64,000 nt of DNA from Octopus sinensis (taxonomy: Eukaryota). Location: the NCBI RefSeq assembly GCF_006345805.1, contig NC_043019.1, forward strand, positions 13,577,360-13,641,359, read 5' to 3'. The translations under genes were made by a program, and so were the position numbers. This document shows, piece after piece, positions 27,214 through 39,100 of this stretch (position 1 is the stretch's first letter; each line of letters begins with the position of its first letter). The notes below the pieces were generated by a model. It did not search any database. It saw only the letters and a program-made list of their open reading frames with translations, and was not told the DNA's origin.

Positions 27214-27331
27214 GCTTACGGCCATATCACATTGAGAGCACCGGTTCTTGTTCGATTACCAAAGTTAGGCAATGTTGAGCCTAGTTAGTACTTAGATGGG
27301 TGACCGCTTGGAAAACCTAGGTGGTGTAAGC
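27214..27331 (+). pseudogene. Full-length 5S rRNA retrocopy followed by A10
   Basis: GCTTACGGCCATATCAC...GATGGGTGACCGC...GTGTAAGC. Terminal stem GCTTAC/GTAAGC and helix CCTAG/CTAGG are complementary. Box A and box C are recognisable but mutated, with many CpG-type changes. There is a poly(A) instead of a T-run terminator. Confidence 0.93.
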
Positions 27332-27341
27332 AAAAAAAAAA

Positions 27342-27570
27342 GGTGGCAAGCTGGCAGAGACGTTAGCACGCCGGGCGAAATACTTAGCGGTATTTCGTCT
27401 GTCTTCACGTTCAGAGTCCAAATTCTGCCGAGGTCAACTTTGCCTTTCATCCTTTCGGGGTCGATTAAATAAGTACCAGTTACGCACTGGGGTCAATGTA
27501 ATCGACTTAATCCCTTTGTCTGTCCTTGTTTGTCCCCTCTGTGTTTAGCCCCTTGTGGGAAAAAGAAATA
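27342..27570 (+). mobile_element. SINE-B, full length, directly following the 5S retrocopy
   Basis: Head GGTGGCAAGCTGGCAG through tail AAAGAAATA. Confidence 0.88.
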
Positions 27571-28667
27571 AGAAACCGAAAGAAGCCCATGTGCATCATC
27601 ACCATCTTTTAACGTCTGTCGTCCATGCTGGCATGGGTTGGACGGTGTGACCAGAGCTGACAAACCGGGGAGCTGCACCAGACCCCAGTCTGATCTGACA
27701 TGGTTTCTATGACTGGATGCCCTTCCTAATACCAACCACTTTACTTTTTACATGCTATTCCACAGGAACTTTTGCATGGCACCACACATGCGCTTTAGAT
27801 GGCACAGTATGAGCGTTTTTATGTAGCACTGCACAGGTGCTTTTCTGTAGCAGTGCACTTGCACTTCAACATGGCACTACATGGGCACCTTTACATCGTA
27901 CCACATGAGTGCTTTTACATGGTGCCGCCATGAGTGCTTTACACCACCACAAGAATCGGTCATAACACTTCTTGCTGCAGATGGTAAACTCTTGTATTTC
28001 AAGAAAGATGGGTCTGCAGTTCCTTGGTGGACAACATGCACAAATACTTTGTATATGGTGACCAAATGCTTATGCTGTACATTAAAATACACCCCCCAAC
28101 AAATGGACGTTACCTGTACAGGTATCCGGTGTACCATACGTCAGATGTCGAAGTAACCACCCAGCAATGTGTGTGTGGTGTGTGTGTGTTTATCCCCCAC
28201 TACTTCTTGACAGCCAGTGTTGGTTTGTTTATGTCCCTGTAACTTAGCAGCTCAGCAAAGGAAACTGACAGAATGTTATAATCCTTAAAATGTCGGATTG
28301 TTATAACGCCCACAGTGTGCTTAGTAAAACCAGTAAGGACACGACTGTCTCTGATCACCTGCTGTGTACTCTGGTACTTCATGTACTTCTCTTTACTCAT
28401 AGTGACTAGGTTATTCCATTCGCCACATGGGAGGGGTGTACCATTATTACTATCAATAATTCCCTACAACACAGAATAAGAACCAGGTTTTAAAAAAAGA
28501 ATAAAAAATTAATTATTGGGGGGAGGGGATCAATTCATTCAACTAAAATTCTTCTAAGGGTGGTGCCCCAGCATGGCCACAATCTAATGACTGAAACACT
28601 CTAAAATAAAAGATAATATTGTGTTTTTGAGTATTTTTTTCCTCTCTTACTTTCGTTGTAAGGTACA

Positions 28668-29045
28668 AAGGCGCAGGGGTGGCTGTGTGGTAAGTAGCTT
28701 GCTTACCAACCACATGGTTCCGGGTTCACTCCCACTGCGCGGCACCTTGGGCAAGTGTCTTCTACTATAGCCTCGGGCCGACCAAAGCCTTGTGAGTGGA
28801 TTTGGTAGACGGAAAGAAGCCTGTCGTATATATATATGTGTTTGTGTGTCTGTGTTTGTTCCCCCTAACATCGCTCGACAACCGATGCTGGTGTGTTTAC
28901 GTCCCCGTAACTTAGCGGTTTGGCAAAAGAGAGACCGATAGAATAAGTACTGGGCTTACAAAGAATAAGTCCTGGGGTCGACTTGCTCGACTAAAAGGCG
29001 GTGCCCCAGCATGGCCGCAGTCAAATGACCGAAACAAGTAAAACA
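28668..29045 (+). mobile_element. SINE-A, full length
   Basis: Complete match to the family. Confidence 0.88.
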
Positions 29046-30202
29046 GTACAAACAGATAGTGTGGGATAGAGTTAGTTGCCTCAACGTGTGGGTGATCTTC
29101 TCTTCCTGATATCTCTCTCTCTCTCTCTCCGTCTCCCGCTTTCTCTCTCTTCCTCTCCAAGAGGTCTCCTGCATTCTAGGAGTAAATACAGTATTAAGAA
29201 AATTATTAGTATCTTGCGAGAGATTTATGTTGGTATTATATTGTATGATGTTCTGAAAAGCAATTAGATTGTAATATAAGTTAGTGTAGAGATGTAGTTT
29301 GTATCAGCAGAGTCTTGTCAAAGTTTAAAAGTCTATAAAACTGTCTATTGACTGGCGCCAATGTAATTGGAGTGCTGCTGCTACTGTTGCCGCTGCTGCT
29401 GCTGTTTGCCAAAGTAATATTCTGATTTTGCTTCTAGTAGGCACCATCCCTTTTTGATATCATCGAACTGTCTTTTCCTATTTTTTTCTTCTTTTTTCTC
29501 TCATTCCCCCCCCCCACTTTTCTCTTTATGTAGCTTCTTTATGATGATGATGATGATGTATTTCTTATATGAACCAGGAATGCAGAATAAACTTCTTGAA
29601 CTGTCATAGAAACACACCCCGTACACACACATACTTATATACATGAATGCATGCATGCACGCACACGTACGTATAAGGGTTAACTAGATAGATAAATAGA
29701 TAGCCGTATTTCGTCTGCCGTTACGTTCTGGGTTCAAATTCCGCCGAGGTCGACTTTGCCTTTCATCCTTTCGGGGTCGATAAATTAAGTACCGGTTACG
29801 CACTGGGGTCGATCTAATCGACATAACCCGTTTGTCTGTCCTTGTTTGTCCCCTCTGTGTTTAGCCCCTTGTGGGTAGTAAAAAAAAAAAAAAATAGATA
29901 GCTAAAGAGAGAGAGAGAGAGAGAGAAAGAGTTATCTAGATAGAGAGAGACAGCTAACTGAATAGATAGAGAGATATAAGTAGAGAGAGAGAGAGAGAGA
30001 TTAAAAGAGAGCTAGCTAAACAGGCAAAGATAAGCAGGCAGAGAGAGATAAAGAGAGATAGATAGACAATGAGATAGATAGACAAGAGAGAGGGAGAGTT
30101 AAGGAGATTGGTAGAGACATAAAGGGAGAACTAAGTTGATAGAGGGAGAGAGAGAGAGAGAAAGAGCTAAGTAGGCAGATAGAGTGATAAAGAGAGTTAA
30201 CG

Positions 30203-30240
<38 letters not shown>

Positions 30241-30749
30241 GTAGATTGAGTGACAGACAGACAGGTAGATAGATAGATAGACAGCTAGACAGACAGGTAG
30301 ATAGATAGACAGACAGACAGGTAGATAGATAGATAGATAGACAGACAGACACAGGTAGATAGACAGACAGCTAGACAGACAGACAGGCAGGCAGATAGAG
30401 TGTTAAGAGAGTTAAAAAGATAGAGAGAGAGAGAGAGAGAGAAGCTGATTGGATAGAGATTTAAGAAAACTGGTAGAGACATGAAGAGAGAACTAAGTAG
30501 ATAGATAAGAGAGGAGGAGATCTAAGAAGACTGGTGGATAGAGACATAGAGAGGGAGAGCTAAGTAGATAGAAAGAAATATATATGTTGTTTCCTTCTGA
30601 AAGAGAAGCACAATCTAAGTTACAGAGCAGTAAAGCAATTAGATAAAGATATTTATGGCCAGTCTATGGGGTTACCCAGGGTTTCACGACCATAAAACAC
30701 TTAGCTTAACAGTGTCTCTTCAGACCCTATATATATATATATATATATA

Positions 30750-31150
30750 TAGGCGTAGGTATGGCTGTGTGGTAAGTAGCTTGCCTACGAACCACATGGT
30801 TCTGGGTTCAGTCCCACTATGTAGTACCTTGGGCAAGTGTCTTCTACTATAGCCTCGGGCCGACCAAAGCCTTGTGAGTGGATTTGGTAGACGGAAACTG
30901 AAAGAAACACGTCATATATATATGTGTATATATATATGTGTGTTTGTGTGTCTGTGTTTGTTCCCCCCAACATCGCTCGACAACCGATGCTGGTGTGTTT
31001 ACGTCCCCATAACTTAGCGGTTCGGCAAAAGAGAGACCGATAGAATAAGTACTAGGCTTACAAAGAATAAGTCCTAGGGTTGATTTGTTCGACTAAAGGC
31101 GGCGCTCCAGCATGGCCGCAGTCTAATGACTGAAACAAGTAAAAGAATAA
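30750..31150 (+). mobile_element. SINE-A, full length
   Basis: Complete match to the family. Confidence 0.88.
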
Positions 31151-31370
31151 AAAGAATATCACAAGTGGAAAAGGGTTGCGACGGGTGGGGGGGGCACTGA
31201 TATTTGCAAGGGGTGGAAAAGCGGGGCCTGCGACCCCCTTACGATTCCCTCTGACAAACGATTTTGTCTGAAACATTCAGCTCAGTTTGCTCCTTTTCCT
31301 CCATCATCACAATCATTTAACATTCATTATGCCCCCCCCCCGCTTCCCTTTACGGTACCTTTTGTACTTA

Positions 31371-31602
31371 GGCGGCGAGCTGGCAGACACGTTAGCGCAC
31401 CGGGCGGAATGCTTAGCAGTATTTCGTCTGTCGTTACGTTCTGAGTTCAAATTCCGCCAAGGTCGACTTTGCCTTTCATCCTTTCGGGGTCGATAAATTA
31501 AGTACCAGATACACACTGGGGTCGATATAATCGACTTAATCCCTTTGTCTGTCCTTGTTTGTCCTCTCTGTGTTTAGCCCCTTGTGGGTAGTAAAGAAAT
31601 AA
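31371..31602 (+). mobile_element. SINE-B, full length
   Basis: Matches the family consensus seen elsewhere in the window. Confidence 0.85.
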
Positions 31603-33208
31603 ATATTTTGTCCTCCACTTATGCTGCCAACGACAACAACGCCGCCATCGGTCATTGCTTTCCTCCTCGACTGATTTTCTTCTTACTACAACCATAGATC
31701 TTTAACCTCTCTCCCTCCCCCCATCTTCAACCCCCCTCCCGACAGGGGGGGGGGGGCGGAATAGGCCATCTCGTTATTTCAACAGCAGGTGACTATTAAA
31801 CAGTGCAATGTTTGAACCAACACAAGTCCAAGTCTAATCATAACATTAAGCAAAATTTTCTTTTCTTTATCGCTTCTTTTTTTTCTTTCTATCTTTTGTC
31901 TCTGTTTCTCTTTTGCACCACCGCCCCCCTCTCTCTCTTACTCTCTCTGCTACCACTACCCCCCACCACACCACCACCACCACCTCTTACTAAAATATTT
32001 ATGGCTGTTCTCACAATAAACCATAAAAGATCCGGGGTGGGGGAGAAAGTTGTTTCAGTTGCCTTATACATAACATAAAGAACAATTAATACAACGTATA
32101 TTTGCCCACTACCAAAGTGCCACCATTTTCACTCCAAACGCACCACAGCCACCACCACCACCACCACTTTTCTTCTTGCCTGTCCATCCACCTCCACCCA
32201 CCCTTCGCTCCCCTGACATCAAGTATGAACGCTATAAAATTACAATAAACTGCACTTCACAGTTATTTTGGTGGTGTGGTGGTGGTGGTGATGGTGTCGG
32301 TCAAGTAGACTGACCAATCCTGGACAATGTCCAAGACAACCAGAGTAGACGATATCAAAGGCCCTTCAAGGACTATTAACTTGGTATTGGCCGGTTCTTT
32401 TAGTACTGCTGTCACTTAAATCCCTCATCCTCCCCCATCACGCCACCGCACACATACCCCGTGCAGAAATGGTTAGCTGATAATGAAATGTTGAGGAGAA
32501 AAAAAAGAAAAGAAGAAAGAAGTAAAAAAACAAAAAAAAAATAGGCCAAAATAAATGTGTCATCTCGAAGAATTTTAATTTATGATAGAAAAGATAAAGT
32601 TGTCTAAGGTTGTTAAATAGTATTTAGTTTGGCATCAGCACCATGATTGTTTTAGATGCAATCATTATTATGACCCTTTCTTTGTTCATCCATTTAACTC
32701 CTGTTTTTGTTTTCCTTCTTCTCCCATGTTTGTGTGGAAAAACAGTCAGACGATGCCGGGTCGGTGCCAAGGCGGCATTATATAATGGTTTGCATGGTCG
32801 TTCTTGTTCCTCCGAAATAAGGGATTTAAACTTTTACCCTTAGCATGCTTCGAGTCAACCCCACTCAAATTAGTGGGGTTATAGCAAAGACAGAGATGGT
32901 TTTATGCCACTACATTATCAAGTGTGTCATGGTTGTTTAGTCACGGGTCATTTGATCTCACTGACCACAGGTCAAAGATGTTTGAGCCATAAAGTATTAG
33001 TCTATTCTTTGGCATAATGTATCTAGGACTACATAATCAAATATGGTCTGTTTATTGCGGTGTTTTTTTGGTCACTGGTCATCTCTGACCCAACAGACCA
33101 AGTGGTCAAAGATGTTTCACCTGTGACAGTATTCAACTATATTTTCAAGCACAATGCATCTAGGACTACATTATCAAGTGTGTCCTACCTTTTTTTTGTG
33201 GTGACTGT

Positions 33209-33432
33209 TTAACCCTTTAGTGTTCACATTATTCTACCAAAATTAATGCTTCTTTATCCACATTGTTTTGAACTAATCATGCATTATAGCTATGAGATTT
33301 TGATGAAGTAGCTGTTAATTATTAAAATGACATTGTAGGGTTGGTGTGAGAGACCAGATCTGGCCAGTTTGAACATAAAACAGGCAGAATACTTTTAGCC
33401 GGATACGGCCGGTTTAAATATTAAAGGGTTAA
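33209..33432 (+). mobile_element. TTAA-flanked MITE (piggyBac-like termini)
   Basis: TTAA-CCCTTTAG ... TTAAAGGG-TTAA. Related copies at ~9010-9175, ~36315-36480 and ~36483-37080. Confidence 0.75.
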
Positions 33433-33929
33433 TCATGGGTCACATTATGGTGAGAGGCTTAAATCAGGGTTTCTCAACCGGGGTTCATATGGCCCTTGGG
33501 GGTCCACATAAGATTTTGTTGCTAAAATTTATGTGCAATAAATTACTTATACTTCTACAATCATCATCACAGGTCCGTTGTCCATGCTGGTATGGGTTGG
33601 ATTGTTTGACCAGGATGGCATCCTGGAAGGCCGCACCAAACCCCAGTCTGATTTGGCATGGTTTTCTATGGTTGAATGTCCTTCTTAATGCCAACCACTC
33701 CAAGGATGCCAATTGCGTGTGAATGTGTGCAGGTATGTGTGTATATAGATGTATGCGTGCATGCAAGTACGTGCGTATATAGATGTATTTTACTCAGTGT
33801 TTATCATGGCTACCGAATAATTGTCACATATTACATTTACAGAGATAAATTCCTCTGTTTACATAATATCGAGGTCTCGTTCATTCTTTTGCTGTCTTAC
33901 CGTTTTTATCAACACATATATATATGTAT

Positions 33930-34110
33930 ATATGGTGAGAATTCACAAAAAAACAAAAGACAAAGACAGGTGGTGTACAAAACAAACAGATGTATTCGTA
34001 TAACGCTCGGGAAGTGAAAAAGTCTTTTAACATTTCGAGCGTACGCTCTTCCACAGAAAGGAAACAAGGAGAGAAAATAAAGAATGTGTAGTGGCTGAGG
34101 ATTTGTGAAT
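33930..34110 (-). mobile_element. TA-embedded repeat family with a second hammerhead-like motif
   Basis: Matches 39960-40070. The minus strand has CTTT-CTGTGGA-A-GAGC-GTAC-GCTC-GAAA-TGTT-AAAAG. Confidence 0.6.
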
Positions 34111-34370
34111 GGGTGCATGTATTTTTATGAGTACACACGATTGTATATCTGAACATGGATATTTATGAATGGATGTGTGTTTAAGTATACATATGGGCAC
34201 GAGTATATGACATGGGTATTTTTCAATGAATGAGCCATAAAATTAGTTTGGGGTAAGTCTTCAAGTTTCGCCTGATGACTTTTTCCACTAGTAATGGATA
34301 TAAGTTAAATGTTTGTGTACATATGTTTGTACATGTATAATTAAGTCGGTACTCATTAATGAATGTTTTT

Positions 34371-34411
<41 letters not shown>

Positions 34412-34549
34412 TGTAAATCCATGTACACGTTTTTGTGTGTGTATGGGGGTGGGGACGATGGGTCTATGTAATTCATGAGAAAATTGTGAAATTATGCAGA
34501 TACATTAAATGTCACAAATGAAATAACAATTGTTGACTAAACTTGATTA

Positions 34550-35385
34550 GGTTGTTGTTGTTGTTGTTGTTAGTAGTGGTTGTGGTAGTGGTTGTGGTGG
34601 TGGTAATGGTCGTAGTAGTTGTAGAGTTATCGATAGTGGTGGCACTATAGTTGTTGGTGGTGGTGGTAGTAGTGGTGGTGGTGCTGGTAGTTGTAGTTAT
34701 CGATGGTGGTACTATAGTTGTTGTTGGTGGTGGTGGTAATGGTGGTAGTAGTTGTCGATAGTGGTGGTACTATAGGTGTTGGTGGTAGGTAGTAGTAGTA
34801 GTGGTGGTGGTGGTGCTGGTATGTAGTTATAGATGGTTGGTAGGTGGGTTACTATAGTTGTTGTGTGGTGGGGTGGTAAGGTAATGGTGGTTAGTAGTTG
34901 TCGATAGTGGTGGCACTATAGTTGTTGGTGGTGGTAGTAGTAGTTGTGGTGGTGGTGGTGGTGGTAGTTGTAGTTATCGATGGTGGTACTATAGTTGTTG
35001 TTGGTGGTGGTGGTAATGGTGGTAGTAGTTGTCGATAGTGGTGGCACTATAGTTGTTGGTGGTGGTAGTAGTAGTGGTGGTGGTGGTGGTGGTAGTTGTA
35101 GTTATCGATGGTGGTACTATAGTTGTTGTTGGTGGTGGTGGTAATGGTGGTAGTAGTTGTGGATAGTGGTGGTACTATAGTTGTTGGTGGTGGTAGTAGT
35201 AGTGGTGGTGGTGGTGGTAGTTGTAGTTATCGATGGTGGTACTATAGTTGTTGTTGGTGGTGGTGGTTTGGTTGGTAATGGTGGTAGTGTGTGGTAGTAG
35301 TTGTCGATTGGTGGTATGGTACTAAGTTGTTGGTGGTGGTGGTAGTAGTAGTGGTGGTGGTGGTGGTAGTTGTAGTGGTGGTTGT
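34550..35385. repeat. (GGT/AGT/GTT)n-derived minisatellite with ~127-bp higher-order period
   Basis: Anchor gttatcgatggtggtactatagttg at ~34695, 34973, 35101 and 35226. Confidence 0.85.
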
Positions 35386-35814
35386 TGATGTTCGGCAAAA
35401 GAGGCACCATTTGTGAACTCCCCCCCCACACCACACATGTGTGCATAATATATGTGTGACCAAGTGGTCAGTGTGCTGGACTCACAATCATAAGACTTGG
35501 GTGGGCACATTATATCCTTAAGCAAGGCACTTCATTTCATATGACTTCAGTGTACTCAGCTGAAAACAATTACCAGCTGAGTGCTGGGGTGGTTTCTCTC
35601 TCCCTTCTAGCTGCCACAGCTGCAATTTTCAGTGGGTCAAGGGTAGGGTTCTTAAGACAGTGGGTCAAGGAGGTAGGGTTCTTGCGACAACATAGGGGCC
35701 TAAAACAACTCGGGCAAAGCATGGTAGAAGCTGGCATGTCATACTTGTTTGTAAGTGACTGCCATGCTAGGAAGACATCTGTACTTGCCTTTCTATCATG
35801 ATAAGAACCATTTA

Positions 35815-36137
35815 TTATTTCTTTTTAATTTATGTGCCCTTTTCAAGCCCTGCCAGGCTCATGGGCCCAGTTTCCTGGTTTCTGTGGCGTATGTGTTCCC
35901 CCCAGCTGGATGGGATGCCAGTCCATCGCAGCGTTACTCAAGAAATAAGAAGAAAGAGTGAGAGAAAGTTGGGGCAAAAGAGTACAACAAGGGTTGCCAC
36001 CACACCCTGCCAGAGCCTCGTGGAGCTTTAGGTGTTTTCGCTCAATAAACGCACACAACGCCCGGTATGGGAATCAAAACCCGCGATCCTCCGACCGCAA
36101 GTCCACTGCCCCAACCACTGGGCCATTGTGCCTCCAC
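35815..36137 (-). mobile_element. SINE-C with tail type 1
   Basis: Reverse complement of 2085-2405. Confidence 0.8.
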
Positions 36138-36482
36138 TATAAGGACCATACTTCACCAAAAAAATTTTTTTCAATAAAAAATAACCCTAAATACTGGGAT
36201 TGATTTGTTTGGCTAAAACACTACAAAGCAGAACCCCAGCATGGCCACAGTCCAATGACTTTTCATTCCATTGAAAAAAGTATAAGAAAAAGCATAATAG
36301 ATTGTTATAGAACAGCTTTAACTCTTTAATATTCAGGTTTTTCTATCTTTTGAATTAATTGAGTAATATCTCATAGCTCCATGAGTCCGATGATGTGGTT
36401 GTTTATTTCTAGAATGACATTGCAGGGAAGGTGTGAGAGGCCAGATCTGGTTGGTTTGAACATAGAACTGATAAGGCTGATT

Positions 36483-37080
36483 TAGCCCTTTAACATTCAG
36501 ATTGCTCTGTGAAATGTAATGCTTATTTATTCACATTGTCTTGAATTAATCATGTGTTACCTTTGAGATTTTGATGATGTGGTTGTATCATCAATATCAT
36601 CGTTTAACATCCGCTTTCCATGCTAGCATGGGTTGGACGATTTGACTGAGGACTGGCGAACCAGATGGCTGCACCAGGCTCCAATCTTGATCTGGCAGAG
36701 TTTCCACAGCTGGATGCCCTTCCTAATGCCAACCACTCTGAGAGTGTAGTGGGTGCTTTTACGTGCCACCAGCATGAGGGCCAGTCAGGCAACACTGGCA
36801 ATGGCCACACTCAAATGGTGTTTTTTATGTGCCACCTGCACAGGAGCCAGTCCAGCGGTACCTGCAACGACTTCGCTCAAATGTTTTTTCACGTGCCATC
36901 AGCACAGGTGCTAGTAAGGCGATGCAATTAACAATCACGCTCGAATGGTGCCTTTTAAGTGTATATTTTTAGAATAACATTGTAAGGTAGGTGTGAGAGA
37001 CTGGATTTGGCTGGTTTGAACACAATAAAACAAACAGAATATCTGTGCTTGATATTGTCAGCTTAAATGTTAAAGGATTA
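36483..37080 (+). mobile_element. Copy of the same TTAA MITE interrupted by a family-D retroposon
   Basis: Both halves match the 33213 element; the insert occupies ~36590-36960. Confidence 0.65.
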
Positions 37081-37083
37081 TCA

Positions 37084-37313
37084 AGGCAGCGAGCTGGCAG
37101 AAATGTTAGCACGCCGGGCGAAATGCTTAGCGGTATTTCGTCTGCCGTTACGTTCTGAGTTCATATTCTGCCGAGGTCGACTTTGCCTTTCATCCTTTCG
37201 GGGTCGATAAATTAAGTACCAGTTACACACTGGGGTGGATATAATCGACTTAATCCATTTGTCTTTCTTGTTTGTCCCCTCTATGTTTAGCCCCTTGTGG
37301 GCAATAAAGAAAT
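37084..37313 (+). mobile_element. SINE-B, full length
   Basis: The 12-bp repeat aaatgttaaagg at 37065-37076 and 37314-37325 flanks it. Confidence 0.85.
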
Positions 37314-37321
37314 AAATGTTA

Positions 37322-37725
37322 AAGGCGCAGGAGTGGCTGTGTGGTAAGTAGCTTGTTTACTAACCATATGGTTCCGGGTTCAGTCCCACAGCGTGGCACC
37401 TTGGGCAAGTGTCTTCTACTGTAGCCTCGGGCCGACCAAAGCCTTGTGAGTGGATTTGGTAGACGGAAACTGAAAGAAACCCGTTGTATATATATATATG
37501 CATGTGTGTGTGTATATCTTTGTGTGTTTGTCCCCCTAGCATTGCTTGACAACCAATGCTGGTGTGTTTATGTTCCCATTACTTAGCAGTTCGGCAAAAA
37601 GAGACCGATAGAATAAGTACTGGGCTTACAAAAGAATAAGTCCCGGGGTCGAGTGGCTCGACTAAAGGCGGTGCTCCAGCATGGCTGCAGTCAAATGACT
37701 GAAACAAGTAAAAGAGTAAAAGAGA
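37322..37725 (+). mobile_element. SINE-A, full length, ending ~75 nt before an EXT1 exon
   Basis: Complete match to the family. Confidence 0.88.
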
Positions 37726-37798
37726 GAGATTAAAACATGTCTTTATCTTATTTCATTATCTGTATTTCTATCATTTTCTTTCCCTTTTGTCGTTCCAG

Positions 37799-38050
37799 AT
37801 CCTCAAGGACCGAATTTATACAAGCATGGCCCGTAACTTAATGCTATGGAATAGCATGCCTGGCGCCCACTTCATCATGCCAGAATATTCGGATGCCGCC
37901 ATAACATATCCTTTTTATTATAGACAGCTTGGCCGTGAGCCGTCATCCCAATTCACAGCTATAATATACGTTGTCACACCTGTGACATCTTCTTCTTCAC
38001 CATTGTTTCGACTGGTACGAAATGTTGCCAAGTCTGCTTATGTACATAAG
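37799..38050 (+). CDS. EXT1: Exostosin-1 exon (252 nt): ILKDRIYTSMARNLMLWNSMPGAHFIMPEYSD...EPSSQFTAIIYVVTP...RLVRNVAKSAYVHK, start of the GT64 domain
   Basis: ttccag acceptor and gtaagc donor, phase 0/0. Similar to EXT1 IIQDRIF...WNKHPGG...FTAVIHAVTP. Confidence 0.95.
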
Positions 38051-38147
38051 GTAAGCACTATGTCCCTTCTTTCATCTTTATTGCGTAACTTGCTTTCCAG
38101 CCGTGCGGCCATGTGGTTTACAGTTCAGTCCCACCTCATGACACCTT

Positions 38148-38713
38148 AAATATGGTTTCTGATTACAAATATCTTGGGTCATACATATCATCATCTGGAA
38201 AAGATTTTCTAACTAGAAAGGGTATGGCCTGGTCAGCCTGTAATGACATGCATAAGACTAAGTAGAGACTTCAAACTTGAAATCTTCAAAGCCACAGTCG
38301 AACCAATTCTACTATGTGGCTCAGAAACCTGGACGTTATCAAAGAAGCTTGAGAGGCGGTTGGATGGAACCTACACTCGCCTCCTTATGAGAGCTCAAAA
38401 TCTCTCGTGGAAGCGTCATCCAACCAAAATGCAAATATATGGGAAACTACCACCTGTGTCATCTCTTGTGAAAGGTAGGAGAGTCCAGTTTGCTGGACAT
38501 TGTTGTAGAGCTGAAAAGGGTAATTTCTACTCTTCTCCTCTGGAAGCCATCTACTCGCAACACCAGAGGGCGCACACTCTCCTACCCTGATGTAATCTCC
38601 AGGGATACAGGCATCCAGCAACAGGAGCTCCGTAATGCCATGATGGACCGTGAAGTCTGGCGTAGCATGGTAAATTCCATTGTCTCGACCACGGTCGAAC
38701 AATGATGATGATG
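38148..38713 (+). mobile_element. 5'-truncated RTE-clade LINE (C-terminal part of RT, frameshifted) with (GAT)n tail
   Basis: Translates VSDYKYLGSYI...KLEIFKATVEPILLCGSETWTLSKKLERRLDGTYTRLLMRAQNLSW...QFAGHC...RGRTLSYPDVISRDTG...MMDREVWR. Flanked by the 10-bp TSD atgacacctt (38138-38147 and 38714-38723). Confidence 0.9.
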
Positions 38714-38838
38714 ATGACACCTTGTTTCTGCAGGTTTCTTCTGCTGTAGTCCCTCCCCTAGCTGACCAAAGCCTTGTGAGTGGATTTAGTAGACGGAAAC
38801 TGAAAGAAGCCTGTCGTATATATGTGTGTGTGTGTCTT

Positions 38839-39098
38839 ACAGTTCTATATTTAAGAGATGAGGAATTATGTACAGTATTTACATTTGACGGATATTTGCC
38901 CTCATCTTGTTTGTTGTTAACACAACATTTCAGCTGATATACCCTCCTGCCTTCATCAGGTGTCTTGGGGAAATTTCGAACCTGGATTCTCACTCCTAAG
39001 GTATTTTACGATGCTATTATTATTATTAAGGTCACTGTTTGGAATCGAACTCGGAATCTTGGGGTTAGCAGCCCACGCTCTTTACAGCTATGCCATAT
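38839..39098 (-). mobile_element. tRNA-headed short retroposon with (AAT)n linker and hammerhead-like core
   Basis: Minus strand: A-box TGGCATAGCTG, B-box GAGTTCGATTCC, (AAT)n, then GACAC-CTGATGA-A-GGCAG..CAGCT-GAAA-TGTT-GTGTT. A second body copy lies at 55923-56059. Confidence 0.7.
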
Positions 39099-39100
39099 GG

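Noticed and set aside
27214-27331. Functional 5S rRNA gene
   Set aside because: Single copy, mutated internal control boxes, poly(A) instead of a T-run terminator, and enclosed in a TSD.
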